Source of the DNA: Octopus vulgaris | Lineage: Eukaryota | Direction: 5' to 3' | Assembly: GCA_951406725.2 (NCBI GenBank) | Contig: OX597824.1 | Location: 44,764,001 to 44,828,000, forward strand | Length of the DNA stretch: 64,000 nt | Shown here: positions 36,675-50,284 of the stretch, one piece after another | Position numbering within the stretch: position 1 is the first letter of the stretch | Layout of the letters: every line of letters starts with the position of its first letter | The notes under the pieces: model-generated | What the model saw: the letters and a program-made list of their open reading frames with translations, nothing else | What the model was told of the DNA's origin: nothing | Databases searched by the model: none | Made by a program: the position numbers and the translations under genes

Positions 36675-39600
36675 CAAAACAAGAAAATGGAAATAATTTG
36701 CTATTATTTATTCTCCATTAAATGTGTTTCCTTTGCTAATAGGAATTACAAAGGTTTACACATTATATAGATATATAAAGAATATCTAAGAGGAGAATAA
36801 ATAATAACAAATTATTTCCATTTTCCAGTTTTGTTATTCAACAACACTGCAAATAATATTTCCATAATTCTCCATTTTAATGTGTTCAATTTACATACAA
36901 CAGTAACTATGGATACATACTGATTATAATAATGGAATAAGCAGATACAGCTGGGATTTACCCTAACTACCTATATAATATTATACATATACACACACAC
37001 AATGGACTTTTATCAGTTTCTGTCTACAAAAGCCATTCACAAAGCTTTAATTAGCCTGAGACTATAGTGGAAGACATTTGCCCGAGGTGCCACACAGTGA
37101 TATTGAACCTGAAACCATGTGGTTGGGAAGCAAGCTTCTTACCACACAGCCACACCTGCACCTATAATTAATCATGCATTATTTGTAGCCTTGAGATTTT
37201 GATGATGTTATTGTTTGTTTCTAGAATGATATTATAGGGTAGATGTGAGAGGCTGGAGCTGGCCAGTTTGCACATAAAATAGGTGGAATATTTGGGTCAA
37301 ATCTGGCTGGTTTAAATGCTAAAGAGTTAAAGTAATATCATCATCTTTTCTTCTCCTCATACGTAATGCACCAATGTAAGAAAAAAGTTGCTTTTATTCA
37401 AATAGTAAAGGAAACTACTTCACACACCAATGGTTATTGTTGTTAACTCCAGGTTAGCCATGAGTAAGTAGACTTACAATGAAAAACATTCCAGCTATGA
37501 CCATTCTAAGTTCATGTTATTGTTGCTGGTGGTTGTGTTGGTACTGAAGGTGTGTGTGTGTAAGTACATATACATGTTTGTGTATGTATATGTATGCATG
37601 TATTGTGATTATAATTTCTCAAATTAACTCAGCCTTTGGGATAAGAAGAAAGCAAGTTTTTTAAATCGTTAAAATTACAGACATATTCTAGAACAAACAG
37701 TAATACTTTACAATTTCTGTAAGTGTGAAATTCCATAACTGGAGGTATAATTGTAATGCAGCAGATGTTTTTATATACATACATATACACATTTTTACAT
37801 ATACAGTTGAGTAAACGAGTGCTAATTGAGCCAAGTGGAAGGAATCCACTGAAGAGGAAGACCAAAGAAAATATGGGAAGAAATGGTGAAAGATGATTCG
37901 ATAGGTTGATCCTTAGAAACAGAATAAGAAAAGATTGCAGCAACTGGCAAGAGCCTGTACTAGAAGAAGACCTGCACAACCCATTTAAACATGAGAAGTA
38001 AAATGATGAACATTAAGAGACAATACTGTAGTTAACATTTATTGAATAAATATCAGTAAAACAAGAAAATATAATGGTAAAAAGATATAACATTACTTAA
38101 ATATGGAGGATAAAAAGCTTACTGAACATGAATAGCATTGACTTTCCTATTCATGAATAATAATTCACTCCAGCTGATGTAATTCTTTTGTTATATTTCT
38201 AATTAGACCTAAATTTACATATACTAGTGTATTGACATAAGGGTGCTGTGTGGTAAGAAATTTGCATCCCAACTGCATAATTCCAGGTTTGATCCCACTA
38301 CAAGGTATCTTGGACAAATGTCTTCTACTATAGAACTGGGCTGACCAAAGCCTTGTGAGTGGATTTGGTAGACAGAAGCTGAAAGCTCACTGTGTGTGTG
38401 TGTGCGTGCATTTGTGTTTGTCCTCCACCCAACCATTTGGTTATTGGTGTTGGTTTATTTACATCCCTGTAACTCAGTGGTTTGCCAAAAAGACTAATGG
38501 AATAAGTATGAGGCTTTAAAAAATAAGTACTTGGATTTGTTCAAGTAAACCCTTTGAGATGGTGCCCCAGCTAGGCCACAGTCCAATGATTGAAACAAGT
38601 AAAAGATACCTAGTTGCTGCGACACAGATTACACAAACCTTCGATATGTATTCAGTTTAATGACTACCTTCAATCAACAGATCAGTATTCCAAATATATT
38701 CAACCTCTTTATAGTTGAGGCCTACACTGTGCACTCAGGATATGTTATGCTTTTTTAACTCTGCAGCCCCGCTGCTTTTGGACTGTTTGTTGTAGCAAAC
38801 CTATTATTAAAGGCATTCCAACCATGACCATCCTGTCCATTTTCTAGGCACAATGTATTCAGAACCACATTATCTAACAAGTGCATTTTTCTCTAAGATG
38901 GTAGAAAGTCATTTCAGAGAGATTTGGATGCTATTTCCAGGATATTGAACAACCAAGTATAGGCCTCTTCGATTGTTCATTTATATGATTAAGTTCTTGT
39001 GGTGATTACAAAGGATATGGGCAAAGTGAACTCAGTCCAAGTAACAGCTGCTGTTCCTATGCACTTGCTGTGCATCCCATTACTGTATTTAGAGCAAATG
39101 AAGTAATGAATGTTGTTACTATTTGTGTTTATATATGCTTTATATATCTTCCAGACTGAATGGGAGCATAAAACAAAAACATATTGTAAAATTCAGTTGA
39201 TCTATTTTGGGAAATGGGTGCCAAATCTGCTGGGAGTGTTAACTACAAAAGATTAGAGTTCTACACAAAAAAGAACGATAATCTCTAATCTGTTTAATGC
39301 TTTGGGGTATAGGGCTAAAAATCTATTTTAAAGTTGAAATAGTATCATAGCTTTGTGACTCATATTCAAACTGAAAGCAAGCCAGACGATCTTACTCAAT
39401 AATGCCTCATGGGCTTAAATTGGTTTTTGCTAGGTTAACTCTAAGGCCCTTTGATTCTAGATCTTGCTTCCATATTTGAAACTTCTTCTCTAGCTCTGGT
39501 AATGATTCATGACAACAATATTTTGTCTGTGTCTGTATGTAAGTATAAACACAAACACACATTTCTCAACAGGATTGTTAGAGTCACTTAGTTAACTTAT

Positions 39601-42600
39601 TAAGATACATCATCATTATCACTGTCATTTAACATCTGCTTTCCATGCTGGCATGGGTTGGACAGTTTGACTGAGAACTGGCAAGCCAGGAGGCTGCACC
39701 AGGCTATCTGATTTGGCAAGGTTTCTACAGCTGGATGCCCTTCCTAATGTCAACAACGCCAAGAGTATAGTGGGTGCTTTTTACGTGCCATTGGCATGGG
39801 AGCCAGTCAGGCAGCACTAGCCACAATCAAATTGTGCTCTTTACATGTCATCAGCATGGGTGCCAGTTAGGCAGCACTGGTATCAACCATGCTCAAATGA
39901 TACTTTTTACATGCCTGTGGCATGCGTGCCAGTCAGGCAGTACTGGCATTAGCCAAACTATTAAGAATAAAAAAATTTATTTTCAAATGTGTTAACTTTA
40001 TAAATTAATTAAATGTTTTTAATGATCATGTTGGGAAATTCATGTGTTTACCTCTTTACATATATATATCATTATACAGAGAAAACAAAGAATGAGGGAG
40101 AGAGAGAAGAGATGGGAAAGACAGAAAAAAAAGAGATTCATATTTTTTGTTCCAATATTATAATAAGCTACTTCTTAAAATGTCTACCTACCTTACCATT
40201 TATCTATCATTGTTTTTACCTCAAGCTTTCACCCAATAACAAGTAATCTAGACAACCTACACAGGAACATCCAAGTTTCCTTCATTCTATTATTTCAGAA
40301 AATAGCGAAATGATTATTTTCTTACAGTCCTTTTTAGATTCCTCAACTGTTTCACAAATTTAGAGATTTACATCAGAAGATAGTAATGTGCTCCATGAAA
40401 GTGGATGATGTTAAAAACTTAAATGTATTTTGATCTATTAAATATTCCTTTTACTGTTTTACCTTTTCTTACTTAATTCTTCTGGCACATATAAAGCTAT
40501 ATTTCAATGAAGCAAAGTATTATGTATTCCAGGGTCATGCATTAAGTAATAAATAATTTCTAAGGCAATTTTTTGCCAAAAAGTTCAAATTCATAAAAAC
40601 ATTCATTTGATAAAGAGAGAAAACTTTTTTTATTAGTCATCGTAATTAATCCTTTTAAAGGTAATAAAGTTGAAATAAGGTTAAAAAGAATGAAATTTCA
40701 CTAAAAAGAATTTGTTTTTTGAATAGATGCTGAAAGAATAAATTCATTGACATATTGATTAAACCTAAATTTGACATATATATTTCTACTAGTTTTTAGT
40801 AGAGCTGTTGTATTTGACTACCACTTTGGAGCTATTTTTAACATTTCCAATGGCTTGTCCTACCTTTCAATGTTGAAAATTATTTGACATAAGTGTTTCT
40901 AGCTATATAGCTTTATAGTTTCTCTGTAAGCCAAATTTCCAACTTCAAGGTACTTTTACTAATATTAGTTATTGGCGATCAATACCAACCACTAATATTG
41001 GTTATTTGCATTTTTTTTCCGATTCATGAAGCAGGCCTTTCTCAGAATAGAATTATTTATTACCAACCAATTGTAAGTGTATTTACTTACGGTTTTAATT
41101 CTTTGCAACTATTGTTTAGGAATTTAAAATTTACCATCGAAAGTAAGGACTTTTTCTCGCTAATCTTTTCACTATATGTAAATGTACAGTATGCTAGCCA
41201 TTTCTCAAAAATATTTTAATACATATTTTTCATGTATCATTTAGATTTGTTGTTAACTGTTATGTAAATATTTATCTGAGGTTAAATGTATTGAATCATT
41301 TTCTTTTGCTGTTGTGTTGCTGGATCTTTTTGAAGTTGTTTGTAGAGTTCTTTTGTCATAGCCTAATTGAGCTGCTTTTTTCCTGTTTCAAGTAAATATA
41401 ATATTTTGATTATGTTATAATGTGGATCCTTGTCCACTTGTATGTTGTTGTTGGCACTGTAATATTCTTGTGCCACTATTATGTTGTGGCAGTTTTCCGC
41501 ATTCTATTATCTTTGACTCATCTACCATGCTATTGCTGATAGCTCTTCAAGACAATGACTTTCAAATGTCTACCTTGATGGTAACTCGAACTCGTATATA
41601 CCATGTAACTGACTCCAACTGAGAACTTATACAACAATTCTACTACTATTGACCTCCTACAACGACTGATTATCTGACTTTATAGTGGCTGAATCATACC
41701 ACTTTGTCATGTGAGAAGGGGAGTACCATTTTCATTACATTTCCCTTTATAGGTTTTTTTTTTCCTTTGGGAAGTAAGTAATTTTATTTTACTTTATTCA
41801 CCCTTCTTCCCTTTTTATGGTTTTCTTTTTTCCAACTTAATATATTTTCTAGTCGAGAGATTACTGTAATAGCTTTTTTAGAAATTGTTTTAATAATACT
41901 CATATGTCATTCAGTAATGAAAACTAGATTGAACTCCCCAAGTTTATGGATTTATTAACAATAATAAAGTTAAAATAGGGTTAAAATCTGTCAATAAAGT
42001 TGAAAAATAGGGATAAAACGTAATGAAAATATAAGTAAAATCAAGTAATTTTTAAGATTAAAAAAATTGCTCTAATAATTTCTTATATTGGGACAAGGGT
42101 CCAGAATTATATGGAGAGATATAATTGAGTGAATCGAATGCTAACATACCATGGTTATTTATAAATCAACAACTGATGAATGTGATCTTGCAATGTAAAG
42201 AGATTATGACTTCAATAACTTTCAGACAATTTATCTACCTAATAAATAATATTAGTAACAGCAGCAGCAGTCCATCTATAGTGAGAAAGTATAGTTCCAA
42301 AGGCAATAGACTTCTGAAAGGTCTGTCTACTAAACAAATCAACTTTATTAACAGTCCCGTTTTCCCCATTTTCATCTCTCAACTGAAAGAAAGGTATACA
42401 TAACTAAGTAGGTATACATTTTACAATGCAACCTTTTAAAAATTTGAACATATCTCTCAGACCCTTAGTAACACTTGAGTGGATCCAATGTGAAAACCAC
42501 TGATATAGTTACATAATTGAAACACAAAACCATAATATTTATAATTGTGGAAGGATACGAACTCGGTATGAAAAGAAACAACTACACGAATAATTACAAA

Positions 42601-43021
42601 AATATATAAATGTAATATATACTATGAATATATTAAAATGAACACAATATCTGGTATGATAAAATGGCTCGGTGACAAAAACAATTTCTTGCATCTTTCT
42701 GTTTGTTCAGAAAAATTACAAAAAATAGTTGTAATATGGCCAGGGGTCACTATACTGACCCCTGACCTAATTGCCCTTATAAGTAACGCTAGTGAGTTAA
42801 AAAAAACAAAAAAAACTCTTGTGCGAGATGCACTTTGGCTGAGAACACACAAATGCAATTTGAACATCAATTATTTTTATTATTCACGACTAACACCAGT
42901 ATTTCAAACACCACCATCGCTCAATCACCCAGTATAAGAGCCTGGAAGAAGGGCAGAACTAGTAAGGTTGTAATCATTAAAATCTAAGAATCAGTCAGCC
43001 CCAAACCCTCCTTTTTTTTTT

Positions 43022-44626
43022 AAATAGTGATCACTGTTGAGTTGAGGCATAAGCTCGAAGGCACAGTTCTTGGGGTCTTATGTTACTGGATATTGGATGG
43101 TTTCTATGTTGAAGCTCCTAGGAGCTTGTTCACAGGTCCTTTTCCACTAGTACAATTAATTTGTTATGTGTGGTACAACACTTGGACAGTTGTAGCTAAT
43201 AGTAATAGACAGGGTCAAATTTTGCAGGAAGCTCCCTCCAGTGTGCGTCAAGGCATGGACTGATGGAGCTGTGACCACACTGTTTGGCAGACTGTTCCAG
43301 GTGGCAGTCACACGCTGTACAAAAAAGCAGCTTCTAATGTTGAGCTTGCAGTGTGATCTTTCCAATTTCAGGCTGTGTCCTCTCGTATTTCTGCCTTGGA
43401 AGTAGTTGAATTGGGGGCGGTTGGTCAGGTACAGGTCATGCATATATTTATACATGTTGATCATATCCCCCTGAGACAGCGATGTTCGAGACCAGGCAGG
43501 TTTAGTGCAGCCAAGCACTCTGGGTGTGGCTTTTCTTTCAAGGATGCAATGAGTTTGGTGGCACACCGCTGAACATCCTCCAACTCGCAACACATTGCCT
43601 TATGCCAGGGTTGCCAAACTGTGTGTCCATATTCAAGAATCAAGCGAAGTAGAGACTTGTACAGCTGGACGAAGACAACAGGGGTAATGAAGTCAAATGA
43701 TCATTAGATGACTCCAAGGATTCAATTTGCTTTTTTTATGTGGTTCCTGAAGGTCAGCCCATTGTCAATCAAGACACCAAGGTCTCCCACGACCTCACTT
43801 TCTCCTAGCTACACCACAGTCTGTTTCCCCTGTGCAACCTGGCCTCTCATGTAGTATTTCCTGTCCGTCTTCGAGTTCCCCACTCTCAAGACGGAACACT
43901 TCTCAGAATGGAACTGCATTTGCCAGTTCACCAAACACTTGTGAAGGCGATCAGGTCATCTTGCAGCATTGCCATGGTCACATCAACGTCATTCCTTACA
44001 AAGATCTTTGTGTCATCAGTAAATAACCTGACATGGCTCTGGACATGCCGAAGCAAATCGTTTATATACATGAGAAACAGTACTGGGCCAATGACACTGC
44101 CTTGTGGAATGCCACTTGTCACCTCTCCACTCTCTGACTTCACGCCGTTGACACAGACTTGTTATGACCAGTAGCTCAAGAAATCCTAGATCCACTGAAG
44201 GACATTTCCCTTGATACCATGAGCTTCTACTTCGGTTACAAGCCTACGATGTGGGACGTTGTCGAACACTTTCATGTAATTCATGTAGATCACATCGACT
44301 CCTCCCCCTACATCCAAGGTCTCTGTCAAGATGTTAAGAATGTCAAGCAGTTGTGTCACACATCATCTCTCCTTTGTGAACCCATGCTGTTTTGGTTGAT
44401 GATGTCGTTTCGCCACAGGTGTTCAATGATGTGCTCACAAACAAGCACCTCCATCACCTTGCACAGTACGCAGGTCAAGCTTACTGGCCTGTAGTTGTTG
44501 ACTGCAAAACAGCTCCCTTTCTTGAATATGGGGATGATGTTAGCAGTTCTCCACTCGTCTGGGATTTTGCTTGTCTCCATTGATTTTCTGTAGACAATTG
44601 TGATTGGCAGAGCAAGTACATCCAGA
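43022..44626 (-). mobile_element. CR1-group LINE, ORF2 RT/C-terminal part (decayed)
   Basis: IPDEWRTANIIPIFKKG...NYRPVSLTCVLCKVME, SGIPQGSVIGPVLFLMYINDL, LFTDDTK, TRGHSLKL...FFVQRV...WNSLP. Confidence 0.9.
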
Positions 44627-45522
44627 AGTACACAAAATGTGTTGGTTTTGGCAAATCACTGTTCAAGGCAATCAGAGCAGAAGCAAACCAAAGGGAACAG
44701 GAATCTGACCTCCATTGGTATTGTTCCAAACTGTGCAAGAAGCAAGCCAGAAAGTTCCTCCTTAGATTTGGCATAATGGAGGATAGACTGGACTCTCTTG
44801 AGAGTGAAATGAAGGAAATGAAGAACAGACTTCAAAAGATTGAAGCGGGAGAATTCCCACCCAAGATGGCAGAAGCAGTGAAGACATTATCAGTGGTAGG
44901 AGTTGCAGCAAAATCAAACATCAGGAGCAGAAATTAGTAAAAATGACATTGAGAAATTGATGAAGGAGAAAGCTAGAGAGCAAAGAAAGAAGACAGAGCA
45001 CGAAGGAGCAAAAATTTGGTCATATTTGGACTGGATGAACCAACTATGGAAGATAAAGAGAAAAGAAAACAGGAAGATGGTGGCATTGTAAAGAGGTTCA
45101 TGAAAGAGACTGACTGCTTGGATAGCCTGCACGACCAAAAGATGTCCGCTGACTTGGAAACCTCGTAGTAGCAAAAACAAAAGCAAAGAATCCTAGACCA
45201 CAGAGGCTTTCGCTCTTCAACCAATACTACAGGTGTGAAGTTCTCCAAGCTTTCTGGAAAGTTAAGAAAGCAGCAAAAAAAAAAAAAAACAACAACAAAA
45301 GATGAAGAGGATGAATCCAAGCCGATCAGAAATGTCAGTGCGAGAAAAGACATGACACCCTCAGAGAGGAGAGAGGGAGAAGCACTCTTCAAGAATCTCA
45401 AAGAGAAACAAGATCAGGTCAAGCAGCCGGAGGACGACACAACGAAGCGGGTGCGCAGAAATGGCAAAGTGGTGAACATCGGGAAATATAGAAAGCTACC
45501 ACGAGAGGAGGAGGGCAATTAG
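44627..45522 (+). mobile_element. CR1-group ORF1 fragment (PHD-finger end plus coiled coil), inverted relative to the adjacent RT
   Basis: TKCVGFGKSLFKAI...LHWYCSKLC then EDRLDSLESEMKEMKNRLQKIE; C-terminal ..RKDMTPSER...LFKNLKEK....RRNGKVV. Confidence 0.7.
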
Positions 45523-46485
45523 ACAGAATAAACGATCTATGTATGCTGTGGTTTTCTGTCAATAAATACTACACGGCACCAGTGCATTGCTTTGGTAGGA
45601 GGAGGGGTTTCGATTTCGCAAAAATCTCATCATTCAGGACCAATTTCCAAATAGATTGACAAGATTTTGTTCGATTACAAGATACTCATAATTTTTTTTT
45701 TCATCTATGTAACTAATATGTAAATGCATTCGTAAACTAAGAAAATAATTATAAAGTTTAGAGGCGATTAAAAGGATTCACGCTTGAATAAATACCCCAA
45801 TAAGATACAAATAAATAGTAAGGGCCTGCACAGCCCTAATCAGCCTAAACTGCACTGTTTAGATTAGTTGATCTCTGAAGGCGACACCAAGCTTCAGCAA
45901 TATAAAAGATACTGTAAAATTCGTCTTGCACGTTATTATTTAGCTCCAGGCCAGCCCTGGTGAAGCAGACTAATATCAAAGGTGTTCCAGCCATGATCAC
46001 TCTGCCTTTTTTTGCAGTTTATGGCTATACCCCTCATTATGTCCTTGCTTGATTTATGGTAGTAGAGTGTAATCAGATGGCCGGTCGAATAACTACGTAA
46101 AAGTCACTGGGTTAGACGGAGAGGTGTTAGATGAAGAGGTGTTCAAGGTGAAAACCTCGACTTTAACTATCTCGATCACAAAAACAAACTCATTAATATT
46201 ACATACACGTCACACATATATATATAAATGAAAGAATTGTTACAATAAACAAAAACTAAGGTCTTCATATTGCTTAGTGCTTTGTTTAAATGTCAGCGGC
46301 GTTGACCACTTAACCTTTTCTTTGTTTTGTAAATGGTAAGTTGTCAGCCGAGGTCATTAAATTAATTCTATAGCTCCCTTTGTCCCATACAAAAAACATT
46401 TTTCTTCACACATAAACCATCAATAGAGAGCAGTTTCCTTAGCTATGAGAAACTTGTTTACATTCGTATAAATAATAATACTTAC

Positions 46486-46593
46486 AGGTGAAACACTAAT
46501 ATGGCGTGATGCTTGTAAAGGTACTTTAACATTCTGGTATTTCGACAATCTGAAACAAGTCTGAAGGAATTTTCTGCCAAAGTAGCTAGTCAT
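46486..46593 (-). CDS. BCKDHA: BCKDHA exon 1 (mitochondrial transit peptide)
   Basis: ATG 46593; MTSYFGRKFLQTCFRLSKYQNVKVPLQASRHISVSP (basic, hydroxylated, no acidic residues) then gtaagt. Phase 0 fits exon 2; total CDS 1332 nt. Confidence 0.8.
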
Positions 46594-48021
46594 GATGGAA
46601 GCGTACAATGTATCCTTATTTTTCCCCCTGAGGTGTTTTACTTTCTTCGCTGTTTCTCAATGCTGCTTTACAAAAACAAAACAACAACATCTACAGGACG
46701 AGATCATTTACAGTACACTAAATATGTACAGAACTGTGTGTTTCATAGAATATGTGTAGCTATGACGTTTTACACTAGTTATACAATAAATTTGTGTGTG
46801 TGCAAATTTAAGCAAAATTCGTGATGTAGTACTCATACGCATACAGATTCTGACTGGAAAAGAAATTCGGCATCATAGTTGGGGAAAAAAGAAAAGAAAA
46901 AAAAAAGAGATGAAAAATATTGTATTTCTGCGGCATGGGAAATTGTTATAGAGAGTACTTTCTCCAGGGTTGAGTTGCTATTGAAGAAAAAGAAAACGAA
47001 CCTATTCGTTCTCGAAGAGAGATGGTTGTTTTGTTTTATCGAAGGAAAAGAAGGATTGCCCGCGCGTGGTTTGGTAAACTGTTTCAGGGGCAACCGTAAC
47101 CAGGATTTATTTTCACAGCGAACCACAGTTCCATGCTTCTATTATCCTTCGCAGTTTGCTGGCGGTCAATGCCTTCCTTAAAAGAGAATTTCTGATCCAA
47201 ACGAACACTTGAAAACAGGATTCTTGCCCCATTCGTTCCTTGCCTTTAAGAAGGATTTGCCTTGAACGTGTATATATATATATATATATAGATAGTATAC
47301 ACACCCTGACTCAAACGTTACAAATATACATGCTGATGTACATATATATAAGCAGGGAAAATAATTTTGCTGTGTTCTTTAATTTATACTTCTTCCTTTT
47401 TGGTATATCTTACTTAAAGATATTCTTTTGATATTTCCTTCCTTGGTTCTGTAATATTAACGGAGGTTGTTGTCATTGGAAGCGAATTTGCAAAACAGAT
47501 AACCATTATTATTACTATATTATTATTAAGGCAACTTACTTGAAAAATTTCTGTTATTATTTTTTTCGTTTCCTTCTTTACAAACTTTATTGCATTTCAA
47601 CTCACTAACGAAATATTTTTAATATCGAAAGAATTAGAATTTTAAAAAAACCCACCTTTTTGTGTAAAAGAACCCCGAAAGACGACGAACTTCCTGGTTT
47701 GACTCTTGTTCCAAATACTATTGCTTTATTCAATGCATGGATTTCACTTTAACAAAACCATTCTAGTCAATTATATATCGGAACAATGTTTAGAATATGA
47801 GTACCTCCAATCTATTTGTACACGTGTGAGTACACACATTTATTTGTATGTAAGTTCTCAACTTCAAAAGCTATATACATATGTATAATTCCAATATATA
47901 TCATTATATGTGGGTGTGTAGATAACATACGAATGTGTATGTAGAATAACTAGCCCATTGGTCTGAAAACCTGTCTTCAAAGTACTATTTGCTTGGATCC
48001 TTTGTCTGAATTAGCTAAACT
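46594..48021. promoter_or_regulatory. Probable bidirectional promoter and 5' UTR region between BCKDHA and DESI2
   Basis: Divergent start codons ~1.43 kb apart; region is free of recognisable TEs and relatively CpG-retaining. Confidence 0.55.
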
Positions 48022-48060
48022 ATGGCTCAGGAACCTGTCGTCCTGAACGTATACGATATG
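48022..48060 (+). CDS. DESI2: DESI2/PPPDE1 (deSUMOylating/deubiquitinating peptidase) first coding exon
   Basis: ATG...MAQEPVVLNVYDM|gtaagt. VVLNVYDM is the conserved PPPDE N-terminus. No exon 2 (YW.NEYT) was seen in the window. Confidence 0.8.
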
Positions 48061-48779
48061 GTAAGTAATCAATAGTTTATTATTTAGCAAAAACTAAGTT
48101 TCTATTTTATTGTTACATATTTCCTTTCATTTTAGTTCTCCTTTTTCCATTGCTCTGTTCCATATGTGTTTTTATCGGAAATAAAGAGAGATTGAGCATA
48201 GATAGTTGTGCGGAGAGAATTAAGAGTTAAGCGAGTTTTATAATCTTCTTCCCTATTCGCTTACAATGTTATGTTTTGTACTTCTTCCCAACTATGTATC
48301 TCTTTCGTAACAACCACCTTGCTGTTATTTATTCGCAATTTCCTGCAAAGTTTCTTCTCCATCATAAATTTAGGAATTAAGTTGTCTAATTACATCTATT
48401 ATTAGTTTTTATGTGTGTGTGTGTATATATATATATATAACAATTTTCTAAGAAGGTTCGGATGGAAGGGTTAACTAGATTATTCTTGAATGTATGCCTC
48501 CATTGACGGGGGAGTGGGAAGAATATAGATATCCCAACATACAAGCACTGTTCGTGTATCTAAAAACTACTTGAAACTCTTGTCAGCTGTCGTCCTTTCC
48601 GGACTATGAACCATTCGTAACTCATTTGTTTCATGTTCTTTCCACCCCCCACTTTTTTTTAATAACAAATCTCCCATTTTCAGTATTAGCTTAGTTTTAC
48701 CTCCTTTTATGCCTGATTCTGAATTTGGCAATCTTTACATGGATATTGAAAAATGCTACTACCATATGCGTATCTTTAG

Positions 48780-50052
48780 TGTGTGTGTCTATGCGCGCGC
48801 ACGTGTGTATATGTGTGTGTGTGTGTGTATTTATACGTTTGTATAAATATATAAGTACACTTGTGTGTGCGTGAGAATATATGTAATTATGTATATGTGC
48901 GTGTGTCTAATGTATATATAATGTATGAATATAACTTTGTGTGTATGCACGTATATAAATATACGTGTGTATATATGTGCATGTGGACATATTTATATAT
49001 ACATATATGCATGTACATGCACGTATTTATGCATGTATATGCACGTATCCATGCGTGCATATATGCATACATATGCTTATATATATATATATATACTTAT
49101 GCTTATGTGTGTGTGTATACATATACTTGTGCCTAATAATGTATGTATATAGATGTGTAACACGTACATGTATCTGTATGTATATGTATATATATATATA
49201 TGTGTGTATACATATATATATATGCATGCATGTGTGTCTGTATGGATATGTATGTGCATGTATATATGTGTATATATACGTATGTGGGTATATACATGTA
49301 TATGTATGTAAGTATATACGTGTATATGTGTTTATATACACATGATGTATGTATGTGCATATATACATGTATATGTATGTGTACATATATGTATGTCTGT
49401 ATGAGTATATACGTGTATATATGAGTATATACATGTATATATATATATATGTACGAGTATATACGTGTATATGTATGTATGTGTGTATATACATGTATAT
49501 ACATATGTGTGTACATACATGAATATGTGAGTATATATGTATATATGTATGTGAGTATATAGATGTATATATATAAGTATATACATGTATATATATGTGA
49601 GTATATAAGTGTATATGTATGTATGTATCTGTATGTGTGTGCATGTATCTGTATGGATGTGTCTGTGTATGTGTGTATATATACATGCATCTGTATATTT
49701 ATGTGTATATACATGCATCTGTATATTTGTGTATATATACATGTACATGTGTGTGTACACATGTACATGTATGCACACACATACATGTATATACACACAA
49801 ATATACAGATGCATGTATATATATATTATATATGTTTGTGTGCTTTTGTGTATGTATGTGTATATTTGTGTGTATACATGTGTATGTTTGTGCCTGTGTG
49901 TATCTATGTATATTATGTATATATATGTGTACATGTATATAAGTGTATATATATGTGTATGTATATGTGTGCATATATATATATATATGTGTGTGTATGT
50001 GTATATATATGTGTGTATATGTATATACATATGTGTCTATATATGTATATAT
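48780..50052. repeat. Degenerate (TA/TG/CA)n microsatellite field
   Basis: Alternating purine-pyrimidine runs; source of the many Y/I/C/V/M ORFs. Confidence 0.95.
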
Positions 50053-50284
50053 ATTCTTTCATTTGTTTCAGTCATTTGACTGTGGCCATGCAAGAGCACC
50101 GCCTTTAGTTGAGCAAATCGACCCCAGGACTTATTCTTTGTAAGCCTAGTACATATTCTATCACTCTCTTTTGCCGAACCGATAAATTATGGGGACATAA
50201 ACACACCAGCATCGGTTGTCAAGCGATGTTGGGGGACAAGCACCGAAACACAAACATATACAAAGACATACATACATATATGTG

